Of a DNA stretch of 64,000 nt, positions 8,996 through 19,931 are shown in pieces; position 1 is the stretch's first letter; each line of letters opens with the position of its first letter. The stretch lies in the NCBI GenBank assembly GCA_040768905.1, contig JAXGMA010000001.1, forward strand, positions 1,619,806-1,683,805, in the 5' to 3' direction. The notes under the pieces were generated by a model. It did no database searches. It saw nothing but the letters and a program-made list of their open reading frames with translations, and had not been told where the DNA came from. A program made the position numbers and the translations under genes. This DNA comes from Christensenellales bacterium. GTDB taxonomy: Bacteria > Bacillota > Clostridia > Christensenellales > SZUA-584.

Positions 8996-9703
8996 TTGTA
9001 TAACAATGAATTAGTTAAGATTTCTGCAGAAAGAATCAAAAAATGCAGGAAAATGAAAGGCCTATCTCACAAGAAATTAGCGGACGAACTAATCGCAAGA
9101 TATGGCATTAGGATTTCCCCAGATGTACTTAAAGTTTATGAAATCAACGATGAGTTTCATTCAAGATTTGGTGATCTTAAGGGGATGAGAATAGAGTATC
9201 TATATTGTTTAGCTGACTTTTATAGAGTATCTACAGATTACCTGCTGGGCATCACGGATATAGAAACACCTAGTATGGATATACGAGCAATAAGTAAAAA
9301 TACTGGATTAAGCCAAGGAGCTATATTTGCATTGAGACAAAATTTAGATGACGAATGTAATGGACATGAAAGTCTGCTCAACACAATTAATGCATTGCTT
9401 GAAGACGAATATTATCCACTTGAATTAATGAAAGATGATAAAAAATATAAGAAATTGCTTGAAAATCCATCTGTGCTAACGTTAAGCAAAATAGATGAAT
9501 ACCTATCATATGAGCCTAAGCAAAAAATTAGATACGGAATAAAGCAGGGACAATTAGTTCAATTATCCGATAGGGAGAGCGGGGAGTTTGATATTAGCTA
9601 CCAAGGAGAAATATCCGAAGCTGAGATTTTGGAAAATGCCTTTCTATTAGAAATACAAATTAGGTTAAAGAAATTAAAGGATAGATTGAAAAAGTCAAAA
9701 TAA
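8996..9703 (+). CDS. XRE-family (cI-like) transcriptional regulator with a non-peptidase C-terminal domain
   Basis: The N-terminal HTH_3-like segment is IKKCRKMKGLSHKKLADELIARYGIRISPDVLKVYE. The start is TTG. No S24 peptidase Ser/Lys dyad motif is recognisable in the C-terminal 150 aa. Confidence 0.72.
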   Translation: MYNNELVKISAERIKKCRKMKGLSHKKLADELIARYGIRISPDVLKVYEINDEFHSRFGDLKGMRIEYLYCLADFYRVSTDYLLGITDIETPSMDIRAISKNTGLSQGAIFALRQNLDDECNGHESLLNTINALLEDEYYPLELMKDDKKYKKLLENPSVLTLSKIDEYLSYEPKQKIRYGIKQGQLVQLSDRESGEFDISYQGEISEAEILENAFLLEIQIRLKKLKDRLKKSK

Positions 9704-9729
9704 AGACATGAAAAATGAGGTGATTGAAC

Positions 9730-10875
9730 ATGTCAAAAAAGCGCAACCCCAAGGGCATGGGTACCGTTCGGCAGCGTGTCGATGGAACATATGAAGGTCG
9801 CATAGTTATCAATGGCAAACGCAAATCATTCTTTGCCAAAAAGCAAGGTGATGTTATTAAAGCTATGCGCGCTGCAAAAAAAGCTGCTGATGAGGGTATT
9901 TATTTTGAGCCAACTAAGCTAACGATAAGTAAATGGCTTGATGTTTGGCTTGACGAGCATGTAACTTCTTCTGTGAAACCTCTTACATATGCTACATATA
10001 AAACACAATGCGAAAATCACATCAAACCTGAGCTTGGAAAGATTAATTTACCTATGCTGAACGCGACGCAAATACAGAAACTCTATAACGACCTCTCACG
10101 GATTAAGGGGTTGTCCGCAAAGACCATCAAGAATACCCACGGAGTGCTGCATAAGGCACTCTCAAAGGCTGTAGCACTGCGATATATCAGTTATAATCCA
10201 TCGGATGCTTGTACATTACCTAAAGTTGAAAAGAAGGAAATACAGCCGTTTGAGCAAGCTGAGATAAGAGCATTCTTAGATGAAATAGCGGAAGGCGAAC
10301 GGTTAAAGGATCTGTTCACCGTTGCTTTGTTTACCGGTATTCGTGAAGGCGAGATTTGCGGCCTATCTTGGGAATCGATAGACTTTGAGAGGGGTACTAT
10401 CTGTATAAAACAACAACTATCAAAGGAAAAGAAGCCTAACGCGAAATACTATATCGCTGCTACAAAAAACGATAAATCCAGAACTATCACTCCTGCACCG
10501 TTTGTTATGTCAATTCTAAAGGAAGTAAAAAGGGAGCAAAGCGAAAATAAGCTAAAGGCAGGCCGTGCTTGGTCAAACTCATGGAACTTGGTGTTTACGA
10601 ATGAGATAGGTTCTCATTTATGCCCACAGACCGTGCTGAAACGCTTTAAAAGGATTGCTGCAAGAATAGGTAATCCTAGTGCTCGCTTTCATGATTTGCG
10701 CCATACATACGCTGTTACAGCGTTACAGGAAGGTGACGATATAAAGACAGTACAAACTAACCTTGGCCATGCCACTGCATCCTTTACGTTGGATGTATAC
10801 GGCCATGTCAGCGAAAAAATGAAGGCTGAGTCAGCAGCCAGAATGGAAGCGTTTATACAAAGCATTAAAAGATAA
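9730..10875 (+). CDS. int: Tyrosine site-specific recombinase (phage-type integrase)
   Basis: It has an N-terminal SAM-like domain, the catalytic-region motifs GIREGEICGL, HDLRHTYA and LGHATASFTLDVYGH, and a GAGGTGA RBS before the ATG at 9730. Confidence 0.9.
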   Translation: MSKKRNPKGMGTVRQRVDGTYEGRIVINGKRKSFFAKKQGDVIKAMRAAKKAADEGIYFEPTKLTISKWLDVWLDEHVTSSVKPLTYATYKTQCENHIKPELGKINLPMLNATQIQKLYNDLSRIKGLSAKTIKNTHGVLHKALSKAVALRYISYNPSDACTLPKVEKKEIQPFEQAEIRAFLDEIAEGERLKDLFTVALFTGIREGEICGLSWESIDFERGTICIKQQLSKEKKPNAKYYIAATKNDKSRTITPAPFVMSILKEVKREQSENKLKAGRAWSNSWNLVFTNEIGSHLCPQTVLKRFKRIAARIGNPSARFHDLRHTYAVTALQEGDDIKTVQTNLGHATASFTLDVYGHVSEKMKAESAARMEAFIQSIKR

Positions 10876-11010
10876 TAATGGCTATTAGGTTGACTCACAA
10901 AGTCTTAACGGAACCGACTTTGTCATGGCGGAAAGCAGTCTGTCGAATATCCCCCTGGCCAGATCTCTGTGTCAGAATCTATAACAGCATACTTGTTGAG
11001 GAGTAGATTG

Positions 11011-11556
11011 ATGAACGAAAATCAATGCTTTGAAAAAGAAAGAGAAAAATATAAACCAAAAAATATCAAGTTTCTTTTAATTGCAGAAGCGCCACCTCAA
11101 TATGAAAGCGGGAGATTCTTTTACTACCTTAATGTAAAAGAACAAGATAGTCTGTTCTTGGAAATAATGAAAGTTTTATATCCATCATTGTTTATTGATA
11201 AAACCATTACGCAAATTCGTAATTGCAAAGATGAAATTCTTAACAGATTTATGAAAGATGGGTTTTATTTAATAGATGCCGTGGACACGCCGATGATACA
11301 GAATAGTGCAAGTTACAAAAAGGGAAAAATTAAAGATTCCCTTAATGAGCTTAAAGAAAAATTAAATAATTTGGTTGATCAAAATACTCAAGTTATTCTG
11401 ATTTCAAAAAATGTGTATGATGTTTGTTATAAAGAATTAGGAATAAGCGGATACAATATATCTAATATTGAGATGCTTGATTTCCCGGGGTCGGGCAAAC
11501 AGATAATATTTCGAGAGAAATTTGGGAAATTAATAAGAACACTAGTTAACAAATAG
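11011..11556 (+). CDS. Orphan island cargo protein; possible uracil-DNA-glycosylase-superfamily fold (weak)
   Basis: The ORF lies between int and the tRNA junction. GAGGAG RBS precedes the ATG at 11011. FLLIAEAPP, then LIDAVDTP, then VILISKNVY, then LDFPGSG follow the spacing pattern of UDG-like motifs (GEAPG ... HPS). This is pattern-level only. Confidence 0.5.
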   Translation: MNENQCFEKEREKYKPKNIKFLLIAEAPPQYESGRFFYYLNVKEQDSLFLEIMKVLYPSLFIDKTITQIRNCKDEILNRFMKDGFYLIDAVDTPMIQNSASYKKGKIKDSLNELKEKLNNLVDQNTQVILISKNVYDVCYKELGISGYNISNIEMLDFPGSGKQIIFREKFGKLIRTLVNK

Positions 11557-11649
11557 CCATATAAAAACCTATAAGGGGTAAAATAAGGGGTAAATTGCCC
11601 TACACACATTAAAAAAAGCCCATTTGTCCGATAATTAGGGGCTTTTCTC

Positions 11650-11740
11650 TGGCGGAGAGAGAGGGATTCGAACCCTCGTCACGGTTCCCCGTGAACACGA
11701 TTTCCAGTCGTGCGCCTTCGACCAGCTCAGCCATCTCTCC
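11650..11740 (-). tRNA. tRNA-Ser (anticodon GGA), long variable arm, CCA encoded
   Basis: The minus strand reads GGAGAGATGGCTGAGCTGGTCGAAGGCGCACGACTGGAAATCGTG...GGGTTCGAATCCCTCTCTCTCCGCCA. The cloverleaf has anticodon loop CTGGAAA. Confidence 0.9.
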
Positions 11741-11782
11741 ATATCACGCGAGGGATATTCTATCATACGCATCCTAAAATAA

Positions 11783-11808
11783 CAATACAATAACAGACAT
11801 TTGTATTG
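11783..11808 (-). terminator. Hairpin (8-bp stem) flanked by T-runs on both strands, between hit and tRNA-Ser
   Basis: CAATACAA (11783-11790) pairs with TTGTATTG (11801-11808). The minus strand is followed by TTATTTT. Confidence 0.4.
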
Positions 11809-11849
11809 TTTTGTTGAGCTTCGGTTTGGCTGTTCCGGAAATATGGTTT

Positions 11850-12191
11850 TCAGCCGGGCGGCCATCCCATCGCGCGCCCCCCAAGCAAATGAAAATGCAG
11901 GTGATCCACGCTTTGCCCGCCGTCCGGCCCCGTATTTGTCACGATGCGGAAGCCGCCTTCAAGGCCAAGTTCTTTGGATAGCTGACACATAACACGAAGG
12001 ATGTGTGCCGCAATTTCATACTCGCCGTCGCCAAGCTGCAAAACAGATGCTGCGTGCTTTTTTGGGATCACCAGTACATGCACGGGCGCTTTCGGGTCAA
12101 TATCCCGAAAAGCAAGCACACGCTCGTCCTCGTAGACTTTAGAGGATGGGATTTCGCCCGCAACGATTTTACAGAACAAACAGTCTTTCAT
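11850..12191 (-). CDS. hit: Histidine triad (HIT) family nucleotide-binding protein
   Basis: 113 aa, with a C-terminal HLHFHLLGG histidine triad. Confidence 0.88.
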   Translation of the reverse strand: MKDCLFCKIVAGEIPSSKVYEDERVLAFRDIDPKAPVHVLVIPKKHAASVLQLGDGEYEIAAHILRVMCQLSKELGLEGGFRIVTNTGPDGGQSVDHLHFHLLGGRAMGWPPG

Positions 12192-13469
12192 TCATGCTCC
12201 TTTTTCGGTTCCAAAAACAACCTTGCCTTTTATGCTTTTCAGTGTTACCGATTTGAGGTCATTTTTTTTTGCAATGGCGGCCACACGTGTGTACCGTTCG
12301 CAAAAACCCTCCATACAACCGTTAAAAACCGCCGACGGCTCCTCAAACAGCACGTAGGCATTTTTCCCCATACGGCTTTGCAGAAAATCCTTCTCCAGCA
12401 TATCGCCCAGCGCCATAAGCTGTGCCGCACGGTTTTTTGCTATGGTTTTTTGGACACGCGGTTTTAAGCTGTATGCCTTCGTGCCTTCCCGAGGCGAATA
12501 CGGGAATACATGCACGCGTGAGAACGCAGCCTTTTCGACAAAAGTCAATGTCTGCGCGTGTTCCTCATCCGTTTCACCCGGAAATCCGGTGATCAGATCT
12601 GTTGTGACGGCCGGGGCATCGAACGCCTGCCGCAGTAAAGATAGAAAGTCCATATACTCTTTTGGCGTGTAAGGACGGTTCATGCGTTTTAAGACTGATT
12701 CCGAACCGCTTTGCAGAGAAAGATGAAAATGCGGGCAGAGGTTGTCTGCCGATGCCGCCTGCCTGACAAAATCTTCACCGAGCAGACCGGGCTCCAGCGA
12801 ACCCAAACGTATGCGTACACCGTGCAAGCTGCCAAGCGCCTTGATGATGTCCCCAAGCCCCTTTCCCCCATGACTGTACGATGCAAGATTTATCCCTGTG
12901 AGCACGATCTCCTTCACGTCGTGCTCGGCCAATATTTGCGCTTCGTCAATTACCTCAGTAAAATCGCGCGAACGCGAACGTCCGCGTACATAAGGAATGA
13001 TGCAGTAGCTGCAAAAACAATCGCAGCCCTCCTGGATTTTAAGGACGCCGCGCGTGCGGTTGAGCGCGTTTCCTGCGCGCAGAGGCTCGTAACCGCAGCC
13101 GCTCAGCTTATGAGTCAAGTCAATCCCCGAAGCGCCCGCAAGAAGCTGTTCCGCCACCTCGACGATTCGTCCGCGCCCGTCTGTTCCTAAAACGGCGCTC
13201 ACGCCCTCCATGCCAAGGATCTGCTCCGCAGCCCTTTGCGCCAAGCACCCCGTCACGATCACATGGCCGTTCTTGACGGCGCGCCGTATCGCTGCACGGG
13301 ATTTTTTATCCGCCACAGCAGTGACTGTACAGGTGTTGACGATAATGATATCCGCAGGCATCCCAAACTCTGCTGTTTCATAGCCATGCTGCGCAAAAAG
13401 CGCCTGCATCGATGCAGAATCATAAGCATTGACCTTGCATCCTAGCGTTAAAAAAGATACCTTTTTCAC
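12192..13469 (-). CDS. mtaB: Radical-SAM methylthiotransferase, MtaB-like (MiaB/RimO family)
   Basis: It has an N-terminal UPF0004 domain (TLGCKVNAYDS), the radical SAM motif CDCFCSYCIIP and a TRAM-like C-terminus. Its position after rsmE matches B. subtilis yqeU-yqeV. Confidence 0.82.
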   Translation of the reverse strand: MKKVSFLTLGCKVNAYDSASMQALFAQHGYETAEFGMPADIIIVNTCTVTAVADKKSRAAIRRAVKNGHVIVTGCLAQRAAEQILGMEGVSAVLGTDGRGRIVEVAEQLLAGASGIDLTHKLSGCGYEPLRAGNALNRTRGVLKIQEGCDCFCSYCIIPYVRGRSRSRDFTEVIDEAQILAEHDVKEIVLTGINLASYSHGGKGLGDIIKALGSLHGVRIRLGSLEPGLLGEDFVRQAASADNLCPHFHLSLQSGSESVLKRMNRPYTPKEYMDFLSLLRQAFDAPAVTTDLITGFPGETDEEHAQTLTFVEKAAFSRVHVFPYSPREGTKAYSLKPRVQKTIAKNRAAQLMALGDMLEKDFLQSRMGKNAYVLFEEPSAVFNGCMEGFCERYTRVAAIAKKNDLKSVTLKSIKGKVVFGTEKGA

Positions 13470-14179
13470 ATCTGCCCCTTGTCATACATAACAGCCGCGA
13501 GCACCGCGATACCGGCAGTCTCTGTACGCATGATACGCGGCCCCAGCGTGACGGATAAGCCGCCCGCCTGCTGCATAGCCTTTACTTCGCCCCGGGTAAA
13601 TCCGCCCTCGGAACCGATCACGATGCCAATATCGCGCGCCTGCCCTGCAAGCGCCGTTTTGAGCGTTGTGTGTTTTTCTTCCTCCCAGCACACGATCAGC
13701 GCTTCGTGGTTTTTCATATGCAATGTTGCATCTTCAAAGCTTTTGATGTCTGAGACAGGCGGCAGTAAACTGCGTCCGCACTGTTTCACAGCTGCCAGCA
13801 CGACGCGGCGCAGCCTGGATACATCCTTTGGCCTCTTGACGCAACGCGCTGATAAGAACGGCACGATGGCTTTTACGCCAAGCTCGACAGCTTTTTGCAC
13901 GATCTCTTCCATCTTTGCCGCCTTGGGATAGGCTTGATAAAGCGTCACGGCGATATCGGGCTCACACATATTTCGCACACGCGCCGTGATTTGCGCTTTG
14001 ACATCAGCCCCCACAGCATCCGTGATACGGCACATATAATCGCTTCCCGTACCATCGAAGGCAATAAAAGTATCGCCAGGCTGCATGCGCAGCACGTTTT
14101 TGATATGGTTGGCTTCCTCTCCCTTGATTTTAAGGCTGTCTTCACGTATATCCGCGCTGTTAACAAAAAACCTATACAC
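13466..14179 (-). CDS. rsmE: 16S rRNA (uracil1498-N3)-methyltransferase
   Basis: 237 aa, starting MYRFFV...HIKNVLRM with a C-terminal GPRIMRTETA motif typical of RsmE. Confidence 0.85.
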   Translation of the reverse strand: MYRFFVNSADIREDSLKIKGEEANHIKNVLRMQPGDTFIAFDGTGSDYMCRITDAVGADVKAQITARVRNMCEPDIAVTLYQAYPKAAKMEEIVQKAVELGVKAIVPFLSARCVKRPKDVSRLRRVVLAAVKQCGRSLLPPVSDIKSFEDATLHMKNHEALIVCWEEEKHTTLKTALAGQARDIGIVIGSEGGFTRGEVKAMQQAGGLSVTLGPRIMRTETAGIAVLAAVMYDKGQM

Positions 14180-15095
14180 CGCGTTTCACCGCCGCAAGTG
14201 CACACCAGTCGCCCATGCGCTGTGTATCTATCACCGAAAAATTTCTGTTTTCAAGAGATCTTAAAACTTCGGGAAGGCGTTCTTCGATAATGCCTGACAT
14301 GATATATACACCTTTATCCGATAGATAATTTGCAGCTTCTCTATTAAGCTTGATGATGATATCAGCAATGATGTTGGCTAAAATAACATCAAACTTTTCT
14401 TCATCCGCATTTTGCAGTAAATCCGATTCGCGTACCGAATAGTTATTTACGCCGTTGGTCTGCGCATTTTCTTTGGCGACGCGCACACTGATGCCGTCAT
14501 AATCAAGCGCGAGCACACGCTGTGCGCCGAGCTTTGCAGCCGCGATTCCGAGTATGCCAGAGCCGCAGCCCACATCTATCACAGCCGCGTCTTTGGGCAT
14601 ATACTTTTGCAGCAGTTCAAGACACATACGCGTGGTTTCATGTACGCCCGATCCAAAAGCCATGCCTGGATCTATTTCAACAACGATATCGTCATCATGC
14701 GCGTCAAGGGTTTCCCACGTCGGCTTGACGACGATGCGTCCGGCCGCGCGGAAAGTGCCAAAATGCTTTTTGAAATTTTCATTCCAATCAGCATCCTGAA
14801 CAGTATTGACTGAGAATAACAGCCCCTCCGCTTCGGGTTTGCCGAGCAGTTTGAGGCTCTCGATACGTCCCCTGATATAGGCCTGAACGCCCTCAAAGTC
14901 GTACTCGCCGTAATAGGCTTTGACGACCACGTTGCCGTTGCTTTCCTGGGATATATCGGTTAACTCATCACCTTGCGCGGCAGGTATGCTGCCTCCGACG
15001 ATCTCTACGCCGTGTGCCCCTGCATCCAGCAGCACTGACGATATAATATCCGACATTTCCTCAGATGTATCGACACAAACCTGTTTCCAGTTCAT
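14172..15095 (-). CDS. prmA: Ribosomal protein L11 methyltransferase
   Basis: Motifs [14 protein letters not shown] and [14 protein letters not shown] (SAM binding). It lies downstream of dnaJ, as in Bacillus. Confidence 0.9.
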   Translation of the reverse strand: MNWKQVCVDTSEEMSDIISSVLLDAGAHGVEIVGGSIPAAQGDELTDISQESNGNVVVKAYYGEYDFEGVQAYIRGRIESLKLLGKPEAEGLLFSVNTVQDADWNENFKKHFGTFRAAGRIVVKPTWETLDAHDDDIVVEIDPGMAFGSGVHETTRMCLELLQKYMPKDAAVIDVGCGSGILGIAAAKLGAQRVLALDYDGISVRVAKENAQTNGVNNYSVRESDLLQNADEEKFDVILANIIADIIIKLNREAANYLSDKGVYIMSGIIEERLPEVLRSLENRNFSVIDTQRMGDWCALAAVKRGV

Positions 15096-16195
15096 TTTCC
15101 CATAACTCTTTCAAAAAAACTTTTTTCCTTTTTGCCCAGCTTATCAAACTCGCGTAACAATGTTTTTTGTTTTTCACTGAGTTTGTTTGGCACTTCGACT
15201 TTTACGCGCACATAAAGACTGCCCTTCTTATTTGAATGCAATTGGGTGATGCCCTTGTCTTTAAGGCGGAAGACGGTGCCCGTCTGGGTGCCCTCAGCCA
15301 TCTTATACTTGGCTTTGCCCTCAAGTGTCGGCACGGTCAGTTCTGCACCCAATGCTGCATCCACAAAGGTGACCGGCATCTCAATGATAAGATCATATCC
15401 TTCACGCGCGAAATACTTATGCGGCATTACCGTAATGTATATCTGCAAATCACCCGGCTGGCCCCCGCGCTGTCCTGCGCCGCCTTCGCCGCGTATCGTA
15501 ATCACCTGTCTGTTGTCAATCCCAGCTGGTATGTTGACGCTGAGCGTCTTTGGTTTGACAGATGCGCCCCGGCCTTTGCATTCAGGACACGGATCCTTGA
15601 TGACCTGCCCGCGCCCGCCGCAGTCGGGACAGTCCACCACATTGACGAAACTGCCAAAAGCCGTGTTGCGCTGCTGGCGGATCTGTCCCGCACCGCCGCA
15701 GGCAGAGCATGTTTTAGGTTCAGAGTCTTTGCGCGTACCGGATCCTGCGCATGCATCACACGTTTGTTCCTTATTGAGGCGCACCTCTTTTTTCACGCCG
15801 AACGCGGCTTCTTCGAAAGTGATCTTCAGTTCCATACGCAGATCTGCGCCATGTACCGGGCCTGAACGCCGCGAAGATCTGCCGCCGCCGAAGAATGATT
15901 CAAAAATATCACCGAAGCCGCCCATGAAGTCATCAAAGCCGCCGAAACCGCCGAAACCGCCGCCGTTTTCAAACGCAGCATGCCCGAAGTTGTCATACTG
16001 CTGCCTTTTCTGCGAATCAGACAACACACTGTAGGCTTCACTGGCTTCTTTGAATTTTTCAGCCGCTTCCTCTTTTTTTTGATTTACATCGGGATGATAT
16101 TTTTTTGCGAGCTTTCTGTAAGCTTTTTTGATGTCCTCACTGCCCGCCTGCCTGTCGACGCCGAGAACTTCGTAGTAGTCACGTTTACTTGCCAA
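15092..16195 (-). CDS. dnaJ: Molecular chaperone DnaJ
   Basis: It has a J domain (DYYEVLGV...KYHPD), a G/F-rich region and four CxxCxGxG zinc motifs. Confidence 0.96.
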   Translation of the reverse strand: MASKRDYYEVLGVDRQAGSEDIKKAYRKLAKKYHPDVNQKKEEAAEKFKEASEAYSVLSDSQKRQQYDNFGHAAFENGGGFGGFGGFDDFMGGFGDIFESFFGGGRSSRRSGPVHGADLRMELKITFEEAAFGVKKEVRLNKEQTCDACAGSGTRKDSEPKTCSACGGAGQIRQQRNTAFGSFVNVVDCPDCGGRGQVIKDPCPECKGRGASVKPKTLSVNIPAGIDNRQVITIRGEGGAGQRGGQPGDLQIYITVMPHKYFAREGYDLIIEMPVTFVDAALGAELTVPTLEGKAKYKMAEGTQTGTVFRLKDKGITQLHSNKKGSLYVRVKVEVPNKLSEKQKTLLREFDKLGKKEKSFFERVMGK

Positions 16196-16332
16196 ACTTA
16201 AAACACCGCCTCAACAAATTGATAAGTATCTGCCTGCCAGTCCATAGGGCCGGCTGACATCCGAAAAGCCAAAGCGCGTGTTGTAAAACGTTCTGGCTTC
16301 CGGCAATTGAAAATCGGTAAATCTAATTTTTC

Positions 16333-18195
<1,863 letters not shown>

Positions 18196-18209
18196 CTAAT
18201 AAAAATATA

Positions 18210-18764
18210 TTACTTGTTCACCATAACCATGCTGTGACGCAAAACTCTGTCTCCCTGTGTATAACCTTTTTGCACCACGATTGCCACCGTGCCGGAAACT
18301 GCGCCGTCAGCCGGCTCAACCATTTGCATAGCCTGATGCAAATTTGGGTCAAACACTTCTCCGAGCGCAGGTATCTCGCAGACACCCAGCTTCTCCAAAA
18401 CATCACGCATCTGACGGTAGACCATTTTCATGCCATCCGCGAGTGCGCTTTGCTCCTCACATTCTTCTATATGTTCAATGGCCCTCTCGAAACTGTCGAG
18501 TACGGGTAGCATCATTTCTATGGTACCGCACTGGCCGTCTTTGATCGCATCTGCCCTCGCCGCGAGCATGCGTTTCTTGTAATTGTTAAAATCGCTGTAA
18601 GTACGCAGGTATTTATCTTTAAGGTCGTCGCGTTCCCTGCATGCCTTCTCAAGTTCGCTGTCCTGCGACTGCCCGGCATCTGTCTTCGCGCATTCCTCTT
18701 CCTCCTGCTCAAGCGCAGCGGTATTATCAATTTTCTCATTTTTGTTTTGTTTTTTTTCATACAT
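18210..18764 (-). CDS. grpE: Nucleotide exchange factor GrpE
   Basis: 184 aa with an acidic N-terminus, YLRTYSDFNNYKKR and a C-terminal beta domain. It sits between hrcA and dnaK. Confidence 0.9.
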   Translation of the reverse strand: MYEKKQNKNEKIDNTAALEQEEEECAKTDAGQSQDSELEKACRERDDLKDKYLRTYSDFNNYKKRMLAARADAIKDGQCGTIEMMLPVLDSFERAIEHIEECEEQSALADGMKMVYRQMRDVLEKLGVCEIPALGEVFDPNLHQAMQMVEPADGAVSGTVAIVVQKGYTQGDRVLRHSMVMVNK

Positions 18765-18784
18765 ATGCTTATCTCCTCCCCAGT

Positions 18785-19825
18785 TTAATCGTCTGATTCA
18801 ATAAAATTTGAGAATATGCTGTTCAAACTGTTGCTCACATATCCCAGTATGGAAATCACCTTGCCGTAATCCATTCTCGTCGGCCCAATGACGCCGAAAG
18901 ACCCCAGCGATTCCCCGCCTATTTTATAAGTCGCAGTCACAATGCTCATGTCCTCAAGCTCTTTGACCATGTTTTCCTGCCCGATCGTGACGGAAAATTC
19001 AAGCTTAGTGGCTTTTTTCATCATGTCGTAGAGCATTTCTTTTGTTTCGAGCACGGATAAAAAATTTCTTGCCTTTTCCACGCTCATGTATTCGGGAAAC
19101 TCGATGATCTTCTGCGTCCCGCTCAGCACAATGCCTCTTTCTCCCTGCGGTTCAACGCTCGTTTCGATAGCCGAGATGATGTCAGATACAAAATCGCTGT
19201 TGATGCCGATATTTTCGCGCAGACAGCAGATCAGATCCTGTTCAGCTTCCTCGAGCGTTTTTTTGGACAGTTTCTCGGTCAGCAGCCCGCCGATCATCTC
19301 AAGATAGCTTGGTGTAAGGCCTTCCGGCACCGCGATGACCGTATCCGTCACAAGCCCTGCATTGGTGATCACGAGCAGTATGGCTTTGCGTTCCGTGATC
19401 TTGACCATCTGAATGCGTTTAATGACCGATCTTTTGAGCTGCGGCCGCAGCACCATCGAGATATGATGCGTAGAGTCAGAGAGCGCCTGCGCCGCTTTTT
19501 CCATCACCTGCTCAACTTCAGACATCCTGTCTTTAAAATAACGCTTTATTTTTTCGGCTTCCGCATGGCTCAGTTTGACAACCCGCATCAGGCGGTCGAC
19601 ATAATACCTGTACGCCTTTTGCGAAGGTATGCGGCCGGCCGACGTATGTGGCTGCTCTAAAAACCCAAGTTCCTCCAAATCAGCCATCTCATTGCGTATG
19701 GTCGCGGAGGAAAGATCAAATCCGTGTTTTTTGGAAATGGTGCGCGAGCCGATAGGAAGGCCAGTCATGATGTAATCGTCGATGACGGCCTTTAGAATGC
19801 CAAGCTTTCTTTCACTTAAATCCAA
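18785..19825 (-). CDS. hrcA: Heat-inducible transcription repressor HrcA
   Basis: The protein starts LSERKLGILKAVIDDYIMTGLPIGSRTISK. The start codon is TTG, preceded by an AAGGAGGGAAGG RBS. A CIRCE element lies upstream. Confidence 0.93.
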   Translation of the reverse strand: MDLSERKLGILKAVIDDYIMTGLPIGSRTISKKHGFDLSSATIRNEMADLEELGFLEQPHTSAGRIPSQKAYRYYVDRLMRVVKLSHAEAEKIKRYFKDRMSEVEQVMEKAAQALSDSTHHISMVLRPQLKRSVIKRIQMVKITERKAILLVITNAGLVTDTVIAVPEGLTPSYLEMIGGLLTEKLSKKTLEEAEQDLICCLRENIGINSDFVSDIISAIETSVEPQGERGIVLSGTQKIIEFPEYMSVEKARNFLSVLETKEMLYDMMKKATKLEFSVTIGQENMVKELEDMSIVTATYKIGGESLGSFGVIGPTRMDYGKVISILGYVSNSLNSIFSNFIESDD

Positions 19826-19847
19826 CGGCCTTCCCTCCTTTCTCTTA

Positions 19848-19874
19848 TTAGCACTCTTCCATGTCGAGTGCTAA
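19848..19874. promoter_or_regulatory. CIRCE operator (HrcA binding site)
   Basis: This is a perfect TTAGCACTC-N9-GAGTGCTAA inverted repeat, 23 nt upstream of the hrcA start. Confidence 0.93.
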
Positions 19875-19931
19875 CATCATGCAATAAAAATAGCACTTAT
19901 TGTCTGCAAAGTCAAGCCTCGAAGTGCATTT

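Larger units (their letters stand above)
5430..11650. mobile_element. Integrative island adjacent to the 3' end of tRNA-Ser(GGA); phage-satellite/PICI-like module order. The left boundary is approximate.
   Basis: A tyrosine integrase, a cI-like and Cro-like HTH pair, an excisionase HTH and an AEP primase/SF3 helicase are all contiguous. The region is visibly more AT-rich than its flanks. It abuts the tRNA 3' end at 11650. Confidence 0.6.

Noticed and set aside
11557-11650. A direct repeat ATAAGGGGTAAA x2 (about 11570-11596), plus similar ATAAAGGGTT motifs at 5452-5461 and 5932-5941 (the latter on the opposite strand). These were considered as att core or integrase arm sites.
   Set aside because: The matches are short (about 9-10 nt), AT-rich and not collinear. 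No copy of the tRNA-Ser 3' end exists at the left border. I cannot define att sites from this window alone.
15246-16034. A 262-aa ORF on the plus strand, antisense to dnaJ. Similar long antisense ORFs occur elsewhere: 30208-31395 opposite ylxQ/ylxR/nusA, 47418-48353 opposite phoH, 38940-39854 opposite der, 39805-40419 opposite plsY, 49104-49706 opposite pgpH, and 56496-57343 opposite the LCP gene.
   Set aside because: Each lies entirely within a well-supported conserved gene on the other strand. Their translations are low-complexity (Arg/Pro/Ser/Ala-rich) with no recognisable motifs. Such shadow ORFs are typical of GC-rich coding DNA.
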